Shown here: piece after piece, positions 38,742-47,332 of the stretch
Position numbering within the stretch: position 1 is the stretch's first letter
Layout: each line of letters begins with the position of its first letter
Origin: an uncultured Lachnospiraceae bacterium
GTDB lineage: Bacteria > Bacillota > Clostridia > Lachnospirales > Lachnospiraceae
Reading direction: 5' to 3'
Assembly: GCA_910585935.1 (NCBI GenBank)
Contig: CAJUHN010000001.1
Location: 1-63,661 of the forward strand
Length of the DNA stretch: 63,661 nt
Translations under genes and position numbers: made by a program
The notes under the pieces: model-generated
Database searches by the model: none
Seen by the model: only the letters and a program-made list of their open reading frames with translations
What the model was told of the DNA's origin: nothing

Positions 38742-40217
38742 TTATCCTAATAGCCCTGCTAATGCAGATGTACTAGATTGTAACTCCGACAATGCTTTTT
38801 CCATCGCTGTAAACTTAGAATACCAATATTGTTCCTGCTGACTCACATAATCTTCCCATTTGTCGATCTTTTTTTCATAATCTTTCTGTTCTTCTTGTAA
38901 TTGTTTATCATTATAAACTTTAAAAGCACTGCTTAAAGTAGTAGAACTCATCTTCTTTGTTAAATCATCATAAACATCGGTAACTAATGTACTAAAAAAT
39001 GTAAAAACTGTTTCTGGATCAGAAGCTATCATAGATTTTAATTTATCATCATTACCAGAAGAAACGGCATCCTCACTATCTCCATCAATATGATACATAT
39101 TCTTCTCATTATCTCCTGAAGAAAAATAACTAGCTGTATTGATACCAAAACTAGATAGGGTATAGTTCTTTCCATTAATTTCAATAGAAGATTGCATTGC
39201 TGTTTTCATTCCACTCATCACACTGCTTAAATTACCATCTCTTCTTAATAGAGAATCCTTAATCTTCTTCTCCCACTTCTCTACTTCCTCATCTGACATC
39301 GCTTCTTTTTCCTCACTCGTCAGAGGTTCATAGCCTTTTGCAGTTTTGGCATTATATAAAGTATCCATTTCTTTAATTAAAGCATTATACTCTTTTAAAA
39401 ATCCTTTAATTGTATCATAAACTGCATCTACATCTGTATCCGTTGTCAATGTAATAGTTTCATTTTCTTCTGTTAAAGCGTTTACAGAAATAGTAAGACC
39501 ATTAATTGAGAAATTGTTCGTAGATGAATAGAAATCTGCACCATTTAATATAATATGAGCATCTTCGCCTTCAATCTTTTTCCCATTCTTTAAACCTAAT
39601 TTATCTAATGCAACATCTCCCATTCCTGTTGCAGTTAACGTGAAATTTTCTTTTGTACCAGACTCTTTAGAGCTAACAAAGAAACGTTGATTACCTTCAT
39701 CAAAATTTACATTGACACCTGTTTCTCTTATTTTTCCTATTAAATCACTCACTGTCATATCTGCTGTCAGTTCAATATCAGTTGCCTCTTCTCCCTTGGT
39801 CAAGGTAATCTTACAATCTCCTAATATTCCCAATTCACCTAATTGAGTATCTTTTGTCACTTTCCCGTCTGCTTTTAATTCTTCACCTGTTAAATAACCA
39901 GCCGTAGCAAGTTTCTTTATTTCTAACTTCTGTGTTCCTGTTACTGCTCCTGATTGTGCAACAACACTTGCTTTTGTAGTATCTGAAACAGTTGTCTTCT
40001 TTTTATTATATGCACTAGCCATACGCAGATTGCTTAATGTTGAAGAGTACAATTTATATATTTTTGAGTTAAGATCTTGCCATGCTTCCTGTTTCCACTC
40101 TATTTTAGTTTTTGCTTTTTCATATTTCTGTGTTTTTATACGATAGCTAGAAACTAGCTCTTTTACCATAGCGTCTGTATCCATACCTGAAACCATACCA
40201 GATAATCTGATTGCCAT
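38742..40217 (-). CDS. fliD: Flagellar filament cap protein FliD
   Basis: N-terminus MAIRLSGMVSGMDTDAMVKELV and C-terminus YWYSKFTAMEKALSELQSS. Confidence 0.9.
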   Translation of the reverse strand: MAIRLSGMVSGMDTDAMVKELVSSYRIKTQKYEKAKTKIEWKQEAWQDLNSKIYKLYSSTLSNLRMASAYNKKKTTVSDTTKASVVAQSGAVTGTQKLEIKKLATAGYLTGEELKADGKVTKDTQLGELGILGDCKITLTKGEEATDIELTADMTVSDLIGKIRETGVNVNFDEGNQRFFVSSKESGTKENFTLTATGMGDVALDKLGLKNGKKIEGEDAHIILNGADFYSSTNNFSINGLTISVNALTEENETITLTTDTDVDAVYDTIKGFLKEYNALIKEMDTLYNAKTAKGYEPLTSEEKEAMSDEEVEKWEKKIKDSLLRRDGNLSSVMSGMKTAMQSSIEINGKNYTLSSFGINTASYFSSGDNEKNMYHIDGDSEDAVSSGNDDKLKSMIASDPETVFTFFSTLVTDVYDDLTKKMSSTTLSSAFKVYNDKQLQEEQKDYEKKIDKWEDYVSQQEQYWYSKFTAMEKALSELQSSTSALAGLLG

Positions 40218-40252
40218 ATGACATTCCTCCTTTTAAGATTGCTTTATTTTTT

Positions 40253-40279
40253 ATATCGGTTTCTTCTAAAAATACTTTA
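40253..40279 (-). promoter_or_regulatory. SigD (sigma-28)-type promoter of fliD-fliS
   Basis: On the minus strand, TAAA-N15-ACCGATAT. The TAAAGTA...ACCGATAT architecture is the same as upstream of fliC. Confidence 0.65.
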
Positions 40280-40452
40280 TAAGTTTCTGAGCTTTTATTA
40301 TTTAAAAATAAAACTTTTTGAAATATACATCTCTTCTTTTCATAAAAATTTTTTCTAAAGATGATATACTTTTATGATTAATTGGTCGATATATAATTTA
40401 TTATAAAAAATATTTTGAAAGCTATAGTCAAAACATATTTGGAGGAAAAATA

Positions 40453-40923
40453 ATGAAATTAAACACAAAATTATTTGGAAAAATAGAAATCGATGAAACA
40501 CGAATTATTTATTTTGAAGATGGGATTATAGGTTTTCCTGATATGAAACGCTTTCTTTTAATTCATGATGAAGAATCTGATAATCATTTCATCAGTTGGT
40601 TACAATCTATAGAAGAACCTACTTATGCCCTTCCTATTATCTGTCCATTAGATGTCTTAGAAGATTATAAACCATCTATTCAAAATGAATTACTATCTAG
40701 CATTGAACCTTATAAAATAGAAGACTTGGCTCTCTTCACCAGCATTCGTGTTCCAAGTAATATAGAAGACATGACGAGTAACTTTCGAGCTCCCTTTATT
40801 ATTAATTCAGAAACTCAGAAAGCTTGTCAAATTATTATTGAAGATGACAGATATCCTGTTCGTTTTCCTATCTACGAAATATTAAAAGAGAAAAAAGAAA
40901 ATCATATCAAGGAGGGTGAATAG
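40453..40923 (+). CDS. fliW: Flagellar assembly factor FliW
   Basis: MKLNTKLFGKIEIDETRIIYFEDGIIGFPDMKRFLLI. RBS is GGAGGA. Confidence 0.9.
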   Translation: MKLNTKLFGKIEIDETRIIYFEDGIIGFPDMKRFLLIHDEESDNHFISWLQSIEEPTYALPIICPLDVLEDYKPSIQNELLSSIEPYKIEDLALFTSIRVPSNIEDMTSNFRAPFIINSETQKACQIIIEDDRYPVRFPIYEILKEKKENHIKEGE

Positions 40924-40924
40924 A

Positions 40925-41140
40925 TTGTTAGCATTATCAAGAAAAAAGGGAGAATCTATTATTATTAATAACAACATTGAATTAACAATACTTGAAATCA
41001 AAGGAGATCAAATAAAGCTAGGAATTGATGCTCCAAAATCTATTCCCATCTATCGAAAAGAAATATATGGTCAAATTCAACAAGAAAATCAAATTTCAGC
41101 AGGCACAAATGACCTGAATAAGATATTAAAAGATCTATAA
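40925..41140 (+). CDS. csrA: Carbon storage regulator CsrA
   Basis: (M)LALSRKKGESIIINNNIELTILEIKGDQIKLGIDAPKSIPIYRKEIY. A TTG start at 40925 after AGGAGGGTG is likely; the ORF track GTG at 40916 is the alternative. Confidence 0.9.
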   Translation: MLALSRKKGESIIINNNIELTILEIKGDQIKLGIDAPKSIPIYRKEIYGQIQQENQISAGTNDLNKILKDL

Positions 41141-41149
41141 TTTTATCAT

Positions 41150-41240
41150 TGTTATATTGAATATTTTCTCAATCATTATATATAACATAATTTTTTTAAT
41201 TATATCTAATAGATTAAATATTCAATATAACATTTTATTT
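41150..41240 (+). terminator. Long-loop hairpin plus T-run downstream of csrA
   Basis: TGTTATATTGAATATTT (41150-41166) pairs with AAATATTCAATATAACA (41216-41232) at 17/17. A 49-nt loop separates them, followed by TTTTATTT. Confidence 0.5.
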
Positions 41241-41254
41241 CTATAAATTTTTTA

Positions 41255-42049
41255 CTAATTTATAAATGGTTTTTCAAACATCATAAAATCTCTATTATCT
41301 AATCTTTTATATACTTCTTCTGTTGAATATATATCTTCCATATATTTCTTTGCCACTTCATCTGTAAATTCTTTATTCTTAGTATATCGATATTCTTTTG
41401 TTCTATCTTGTGGTATTCCTTGATATCCAAATATCTCTCCATTTCCAATACGCTCTACTAAAGAATCATGAGCTACTTTTACTGATTTCATTCCTAATGT
41501 AAATACATCTATTTTTTCTGGTTTTGGTAACGCATGATATAAAATATCTCCTGAATCTAATCCTCTACTGAGCATATGAATTGTTGCACCTACTAATTCT
41601 GGATGTCCATCATAAGAAGCCCAGAAATTACAAGAACTCCCTCTATAATAAGGGCTAATTCCCATATGGATATTAATAGATTTCTTTTCTATTAAAAAGT
41701 CAATTAAAGGTGATTTTATAAAGCTAGAACCAAAAACAATATAAATATCAGATTGCAATGCATCTTTTAATGTTTCTAACTTCACTTTGTTTAGATCTCC
41801 ATCTTTCAATACTAATTGTCTGACATTAGATGGTAAAAATCTGATATCCCCAAATACCTCTTGTTCGGCTCTCATCACATTTTTAAAATATCTCTGCATA
41901 ATCTCAGAATTGTCAAAAAAATCTTTTACCTCACCAGGAAAAACAGTATTACATTCTTGAATAGCATATACTTCATCTGCAATAATAGATAAATCTTTAA
42001 TCAAACTCAAATGTCTTGGCTGATTGCTTGTAAATACTGTAATTTTCAT
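41255..42049 (-). CDS. Formyltransferase-family protein (sugar N-formyltransferase-like)
   Basis: NIHMGISPYYRGSS matches the formyltransferase H-x-S-L-L-P-x-x-R-G block. Confidence 0.6.
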   Translation of the reverse strand: MKITVFTSNQPRHLSLIKDLSIIADEVYAIQECNTVFPGEVKDFFDNSEIMQRYFKNVMRAEQEVFGDIRFLPSNVRQLVLKDGDLNKVKLETLKDALQSDIYIVFGSSFIKSPLIDFLIEKKSINIHMGISPYYRGSSCNFWASYDGHPELVGATIHMLSRGLDSGDILYHALPKPEKIDVFTLGMKSVKVAHDSLVERIGNGEIFGYQGIPQDRTKEYRYTKNKEFTDEVAKKYMEDIYSTEEVYKRLDNRDFMMFEKPFIN

Positions 42050-42984
42050 CTTTCTTTCATCCTCCTCATAATATTTGCATGATCCTCTCTTGAAATTTCC
42101 AGTCTACTTTCATTAACTTTTTTCATATTTGCTCTAAACCCTAAATAAATACTCAGTTTTTTCATAATTTCTATCGTATCCTCATTATAACAATTACATG
42201 GATATGAAACAGAATATATTTTTTCTCCAATAATTTCTTCTAATATTTCCTTATTTTTATAATACTCCTGATATTGTTCCTCAAAACTCAAATCTGTCAA
42301 TACCATAGGATGTGTATGTGAATGTAAACCTATTATATGTCCTGTATTATATATCGTCCGAATATTTTCTTTCGATAGCCATAATATTTTTCCATTCTCC
42401 TTAATATCATATGAATACTTTTCTATCATCTTATCCATCAAGTAATTATACTTTTCTTCTTTTAAAATATCATCTCTTAAATATCGAAATCTTTTATCAT
42501 TCGGAGTATAAAATGTAAAATCTCTCATATAATTGTTCGGCTGGAAATTCTTTAACTCTTCTTTTATATCACATTTTAATTCTTTCCCATACTCTGATAC
42601 TAATTGAAAAAAAGCCAAATAAAATTCTTCAATATTCATAAATTTAGAAAAACGGAAATGACGATATATCTCTAATCTCTCATAAACTCCTGTTAAAGGA
42701 GAAGTATAAAGAAACCAAAAAGCTTTTATTCCTCTGCTTTCTAATATAGGATAAGCAATATCAAATTGACATTTTAAAGCATCATCAAAAGTAATACAAA
42801 CTTCAAACGCTTTTAATTGATTTTTTCTTGCTTTTTCGCTATACTCATCAGCAGAAAGAATTTTATAATCTTTTTGATAAAATTCCAGTAATAATTCAAA
42901 TTCTTCTCCTGTTATAGCTCCTTGTTCTTTTATATGTATCTTATTATCATAAAAATGATGAAACATTACTCCATGTGTAAACAT
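42046..42984 (-). CDS. Polysaccharide deacetylase (NodB-like) family protein
   Basis: ITFDDALKCQFD and GLHSHTHP metal-binding type blocks. It shares a 4-nt overlap with the downstream gene. Confidence 0.65.
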   Translation of the reverse strand: MFTHGVMFHHFYDNKIHIKEQGAITGEEFELLLEFYQKDYKILSADEYSEKARKNQLKAFEVCITFDDALKCQFDIAYPILESRGIKAFWFLYTSPLTGVYERLEIYRHFRFSKFMNIEEFYLAFFQLVSEYGKELKCDIKEELKNFQPNNYMRDFTFYTPNDKRFRYLRDDILKEEKYNYLMDKMIEKYSYDIKENGKILWLSKENIRTIYNTGHIIGLHSHTHPMVLTDLSFEEQYQEYYKNKEILEEIIGEKIYSVSYPCNCYNEDTIEIMKKLSIYLGFRANMKKVNESRLEISREDHANIMRRMKER

Positions 42985-43107
42985 TATATTTCAAATTCTC
43001 CTTTCCTAAAAAAGTAAGACTTTTGAGAATCTTAAAAATGTTATTATTATTTATAAAACATCGCTCTTTTAAATTTAAAGTATTATTGTTTTGGGTACAA
43101 ATGAATG

Positions 43108-43269
43108 AAAGGTTCGCAGAGAGAAGGAACGATTCCAACGAAGTCGCGCTCTCGCTCCGTTCCAGACGTAGTGGACACTAAGTTCACAGCCCGTAATCGG
43201 TCTGTTCACTAAGTGCCAACGTCTTCCAAGGGACTTCTTTTGGAATTCGTTCCTTCTCTCTGCTAGTTT
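43108..43269 (+). repeat. Structured intergenic repeat, copy F3
   Basis: AAAGGTTCGC ... GCTAGTTT. The outer helix is GCAGAGAGAAGGAACGATTCC / GGAATTCGTTCCTTCTCTCTGC with one bulge. The middle helix has the compensated variant ACTAAGT / ACTAAGT. Confidence 0.9.
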
Positions 43270-43376
43270 TTTGTTTTGGCTGGTTTATAAAAAATAATTG
43301 ACATAATCAAATAAAACCTCATTTCATAACGAACTTAACGAACCATCGTGTCTTACAGACTCGCCTATGATATAAT

Positions 43377-43533
43377 CTAGCGCAGGAACTCCTCTATTCC
43401 GAAAGAAGACCCTTAGAAGACGTTGGTACTTAATAAGCAGTCCTGTTAGGGGCTGCGAATTTAGTACCGCGTAGTCTTACACGGAGCGGGAGCGCGGCTT
43501 CGTTGGAATAGAGGAGTTCCTGCGCGAACCTTT
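43377..43533 (-). repeat. Structured intergenic repeat, copy R3 (most divergent core); forms doublet 3 with F3
   Basis: CTAGC ... GCGAACCTTT. The outer helix GCGCAGGAACTCCTCTATTCC / GGAATAGAGGAGTTCCTGCGC pairs 21/21. Confidence 0.85.
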
Positions 43534-43939
43534 CGCCAATTTCTTCCCACATCCACAAATGTTTGAATCGTGAAAAAATGTATTTTATGGAAAATTCATG
43601 TAGACTTTTTATCATATAAGAGGTAAAATATAATAGAATTTGTTTGTGCAAAAAGTCTTACCTTTTTGCATATCTAAAAATCTAATATAGTACCTTATAT
43701 ATCATCCAATATCTATAAACAAAGTAATAACTTTCGTAAACTATTATTCAACTTTTCTATTATTATCATGAAATTCTCTTTTCAAAAAGCAGAAAAATCA
43801 ATCAATTATTACATCATTATATTAATTTTTGAGTAAACTATAGCCTTATGAATGATTCTATATCATAAAAATAAAACATATAAATGTTGTTTTATTGATA
43901 ATATAGTTTTACTTGATTATTAATAGTATAATAAAGTAT

Positions 43940-43990
43940 CCCAAAAGAAACTTCTTGAAAGATATTGAGAGCGAAAGCACCTCTTTGCTG
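43940..43990 (-). repeat. Possible degenerate, internally deleted remnant of the repeat family
   Basis: CCCAAAAGAAACTTCTTGAAAGATATTGAGAGCGAAAGCACC resembles CCAAAAGAAGCCCCTTGGAAGACGT...GGAGCGAAAGCGCGG. Confidence 0.25.
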
Positions 43991-44079
43991 TAATATATAG
44001 TACTTTCTTGTTACGATACCCCTTTGATTGTAAGACAATCTAAACTATACCCTCACCAAAAACTATTTTCCTCTTAATC

Positions 44080-44109
44080 TTGACAAACTTCCTTATTATA
44101 AGATAGAAT
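44080..44109 (+). promoter_or_regulatory. Putative SigA promoter of prfC (TTGACA-18-TAGAAT)
   Basis: TTGACA at 44080-44085 and TAGAAT at 44104-44109. Confidence 0.5.
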
Positions 44110-44189
44110 AAGTTGTTTACTAAATCACTATACTAATGTAGTATTTTAAATAAAAAATTTATATCACTATATACGCAAGGAGGTCATTC

Positions 44190-45797
44190 ATGTCAACTTT
44201 AACTGATGAAATAAAAAGACGTCGTACATTTGCTATCATCTCTCACCCTGATGCTGGGAAAACTACACTAACAGAAAAATTTCTTCTCTATGGTGGTGCA
44301 ATCAACCTCGCAGGATCTGTAAAAGGCAAAGCCACCGCACGTCATGCCATATCGGACTGGATGGAAATTGAGAAAGAACGTGGTATTTCTGTCACTTCTT
44401 CTGTTCTGCAATTTAATTATAATAACTATTGTATTAATATATTGGATACTCCCGGACATCAAGATTTCTCAGAAGACACTTATCGTACCTTAATGGCGGC
44501 GGATTCCGCTGTTATGGTCATCGACGGTTCTAAAGGTGTAGAAGCCCAAACCAGAAAGCTCTTTAAGGTATGTGTCATGCGCCATATCCCTATCTTTACT
44601 TTTATCAATAAAATGGATCGTGATGCTAATGACACCTTTGACCTTTTAGATGAAATCGAAAAAGAACTCGGCATCGCTACCTGTCCTATTAACTGGCCTA
44701 TTGGCTCTGGAAAGAATTTTAAAGGCGTCTATGATCGTGAAACAAAAAAAGTCATGCTATTTTCTGATACAGAAAAAGGAACAAAAGAAGGGACAGAATT
44801 AGAAATTTCTATTGATGACCCAGAGCTTTCAAACTATATCCCTTCTTTTTCTATGGATACTTTATTAGAAGAAATAGAACTTTTAGATGGTGCGAGCGCG
44901 GAATTTGATTTAGAAAAAGTGAGCTGTGGCGAACTTTCTCCTGTATTCTTCGGTTCAGCTCTCACAAACTTCGGTGTAGAAACATTTTTACAGCATTTTT
45001 TAAATATGACTTCTTCCCCGCTGCCTAGAACGGCAAATATTCAAAATACCGTCGCTAAAATTGACCCATTTAACCCTGATTTTTCCGCTTTTGTCTTTAA
45101 AATTCAGGCGAATATGAACAAAGCGCATCGAGATAGAATCGCTTTTATGCGCATCTGCTCCGGCAAATTTCTATCTGACATGGAAGTTTATCATGTACAG
45201 GGCAATCGCAAAATGCGCCTTTCTCAGCCTCAGCAGCTCATGGCACAAGAACGCAAAGTAATTGAAGAAGCTTATGCCGGAGATATCATCGGTGTCTTCG
45301 ATCCGGGCATTTTCTCCATTGGTGACACCATTACTGTTCCTTCTAACTCTTCTTGCCCATTTGCATTTGAAGGTATTCCTACTTTTGCTCCAGAACATTT
45401 TGCTCGCGTCCGTCAAATGGATACCATGAAGCGAAAACAATTTGTTAAAGGAATCACTCAAATTGCACAGGAAGGTGCGATTCAAATCTTCCAAGAATAT
45501 CATACTGGTATGGAAGAAATTATTGTAGGAGTGGTCGGTGTACTGCAGTTTGATGTATTAAAATATCGTCTGGAAAATGAATATAAAGTGGATATCCGTT
45601 TAGAAACTCTTCCTTATGAACATATTCGTTGGATAGAAAATAAAGATATAGATTTAGATAAAATCAACGGAACTTCTGATATGAAGAAAATTCAGGATCT
45701 CAAAGGAAATCCTCTACTCCTATTCATTAATAGCTGGAGTGTAGGAATGACTTTAGATCGCAATAAGGGACTCATTCTCTCTGAATTTGGCAGATAA
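44190..45797 (+). CDS. prfC: Peptide chain release factor 3
   Basis: RRTFAIISHPDAGKTTLTEKFLLYGGAI, DTPGHQDF and NKMDR GTPase motifs; 535 aa. Confidence 0.95.
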   Translation: MSTLTDEIKRRRTFAIISHPDAGKTTLTEKFLLYGGAINLAGSVKGKATARHAISDWMEIEKERGISVTSSVLQFNYNNYCINILDTPGHQDFSEDTYRTLMAADSAVMVIDGSKGVEAQTRKLFKVCVMRHIPIFTFINKMDRDANDTFDLLDEIEKELGIATCPINWPIGSGKNFKGVYDRETKKVMLFSDTEKGTKEGTELEISIDDPELSNYIPSFSMDTLLEEIELLDGASAEFDLEKVSCGELSPVFFGSALTNFGVETFLQHFLNMTSSPLPRTANIQNTVAKIDPFNPDFSAFVFKIQANMNKAHRDRIAFMRICSGKFLSDMEVYHVQGNRKMRLSQPQQLMAQERKVIEEAYAGDIIGVFDPGIFSIGDTITVPSNSSCPFAFEGIPTFAPEHFARVRQMDTMKRKQFVKGITQIAQEGAIQIFQEYHTGMEEIIVGVVGVLQFDVLKYRLENEYKVDIRLETLPYEHIRWIENKDIDLDKINGTSDMKKIQDLKGNPLLLFINSWSVGMTLDRNKGLILSEFGR

Positions 45798-45930
45798 AAA
45801 TACTATAACATTTATTTTGTTTTTCTTAAGAGATTTTCCAACTTTCTACCCTTTACACCTCGACTGGATTATAGTACAATAACAACCATATATTACAAAA
45901 AATTCCAACTAGAGGTGATTTACTACGAGT

Positions 45931-46911
45931 ATAACACAAATTGATATTATTATACCCTGTTATAATGAGGAAGATGTCTTACAATTATTTTATACAGAAA
46001 CGCAAAAAATATTAGATACTATTTCTGATTATTCCTTTCGTTATCTCTTTGTAGATGATGGAAGTCATGATAAAACGATACAGATATTAAAAGAACTCTC
46101 ACACGCGCATGAAAATGTCTGTTACCTTTCTTTCTCCCGTAATTTTGGAAAAGAAGCTGCCATGTATGCTGGACTCAAGAATACAGATGCAGATTATGTG
46201 ATTATCATGGATGCAGATTTACAGCACCCCCCTGCTTTAATACCGACTATGATACAGGAAATAGAAAATGGTCATGACTGCTGTGCGGCGATGCGCACTT
46301 CCAGAAAGGGGGAATCTAAAATCCGCAGCGCCTTTTCCCGTACCTTCTATCGCTTGAGTAATCATTTAACCGATATAAAACTGGTACAAGGTGCTGTTGA
46401 TTTCCGTATCATGTCCCGCCAGATGGTGGAAGCTGTTTTAGAACTCTGTGAAGTTCAACGCTTTTCCAAAGGCATTTTTGCATGGGTGGGCTTTGATACA
46501 AAATGGATTCCATATGAGAATGTAGAACGTCCCCTTGGAAAAACCAAATGGAGCTTTTGGGGTCTATTTAAGTATGCGATTGATGGCATCACTGCTTTTT
46601 CTGTCGCTCCCCTTCGTATGGTTTCTGCCATGGGATTTTTTATTTCCTGTTTCGCCTTTTTATATATTATCATCACGATTATACAGACGCTTGCCTTTGG
46701 CATTGATGTGCCGGGCTATGTAACCACCTTATGCGCTGTTTTATTTCTTGGCGGAATTATAGAACTTTCTGTCGGTATTTTGGGTGAATATATCGGACAT
46801 ATTTATATGGAAGCCAAAAATAGACCTATTTTTATTTTAAAAGAAACGAATCTTCCTCTGACAAAATCAGCAAAAGAAAAATATTTAAGTTCTAGAAAGG
46901 AGCAATTATGA
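45931..46911 (+). CDS. GT2 polyprenyl-phosphate glycosyltransferase (GtrB/CsbB-like) with no canonical start codon
   Basis: The frame is open from 45919 and encodes ITQIDIIIPCYNEEDV..FVDDGSHDKT..NFGKEAA..MDADLQHPP. The first ATG, at 46162, would delete these catalytic motifs. My proposed start is ATA at 45931. Confidence 0.65.
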   Translation: MTQIDIIIPCYNEEDVLQLFYTETQKILDTISDYSFRYLFVDDGSHDKTIQILKELSHAHENVCYLSFSRNFGKEAAMYAGLKNTDADYVIIMDADLQHPPALIPTMIQEIENGHDCCAAMRTSRKGESKIRSAFSRTFYRLSNHLTDIKLVQGAVDFRIMSRQMVEAVLELCEVQRFSKGIFAWVGFDTKWIPYENVERPLGKTKWSFWGLFKYAIDGITAFSVAPLRMVSAMGFFISCFAFLYIIITIIQTLAFGIDVPGYVTTLCAVLFLGGIIELSVGILGEYIGHIYMEAKNRPIFILKETNLPLTKSAKEKYLSSRKEQL

Positions 46912-47318
46912 TAGAACTTGTAAAAAAATTTTGCAATCGAGAAACCATTTCTTATTTAATTTTCGGAATACTCACTACGATTGTGAATCAAGTGACTTTT
47001 GAAATCTGTAAATTTATGGGCGTAAATTATGTAGTCAGTACCATCATCGCATGGATTTTAGCTGTTTCCTTTGCCTATATCACCAATAAACTCTTTGTAT
47101 TTGAGAGCAAAAGCTGGGAAACATCTTTAATCCTCAAAGAAATCAGCTCCTTCGTCGCCTGCCGGTTATTTTCCGGAGCATGTGATTTAGGATTTATGGT
47201 TTTTGCAGTAGAATATATTCACATCAATGATTCCTTAGCAAAATTGTGTTCTAATGTTTTTGTTGTTATTATTAATTATGTATTCAGTAAACTTTTTATT
47301 TTTAAGAAAAAAAGTTAA
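46908..47318 (+). CDS. GtrA-family small membrane protein
   Basis: 136 aa with 4 TM segments. It shares a 4-nt overlap with the upstream GT2 gene. Confidence 0.75.
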   Translation: MIELVKKFCNRETISYLIFGILTTIVNQVTFEICKFMGVNYVVSTIIAWILAVSFAYITNKLFVFESKSWETSLILKEISSFVACRLFSGACDLGFMVFAVEYIHINDSLAKLCSNVFVVIINYVFSKLFIFKKKS

Positions 47319-47332
47319 ATTAGGAGATAGCT

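Noticed and set aside
12000-42984. The 30-kb glycosylation/flagellar block as a horizontally acquired mobile island bounded by repeat copies R2 and F3
   Set aside because: There is no integrase, tRNA target or direct repeats. The bounding copies belong to two separate short doublets whose conserved termini face away from the block. Composition looks the same as in the flanking core genes.
43430-43651. ORF-track ORFs that run through repeat copies (43430-43651, 49732-50049, 56850-57044, 42947-43138)
   Set aside because: Their open frames are a by-product of the conserved repeat sequence, and the same peptide fragments recur (for example ..VPDVTDTKFA..). They have no RBS and they cross element boundaries, so I treat them as non-coding.
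44190-45797. Programmed frameshift in a release-factor gene
   Set aside because: This gene is prfC (RF3, a GTPase) with one uninterrupted frame. The +1 frameshift is a property of prfB, which is not in this window.
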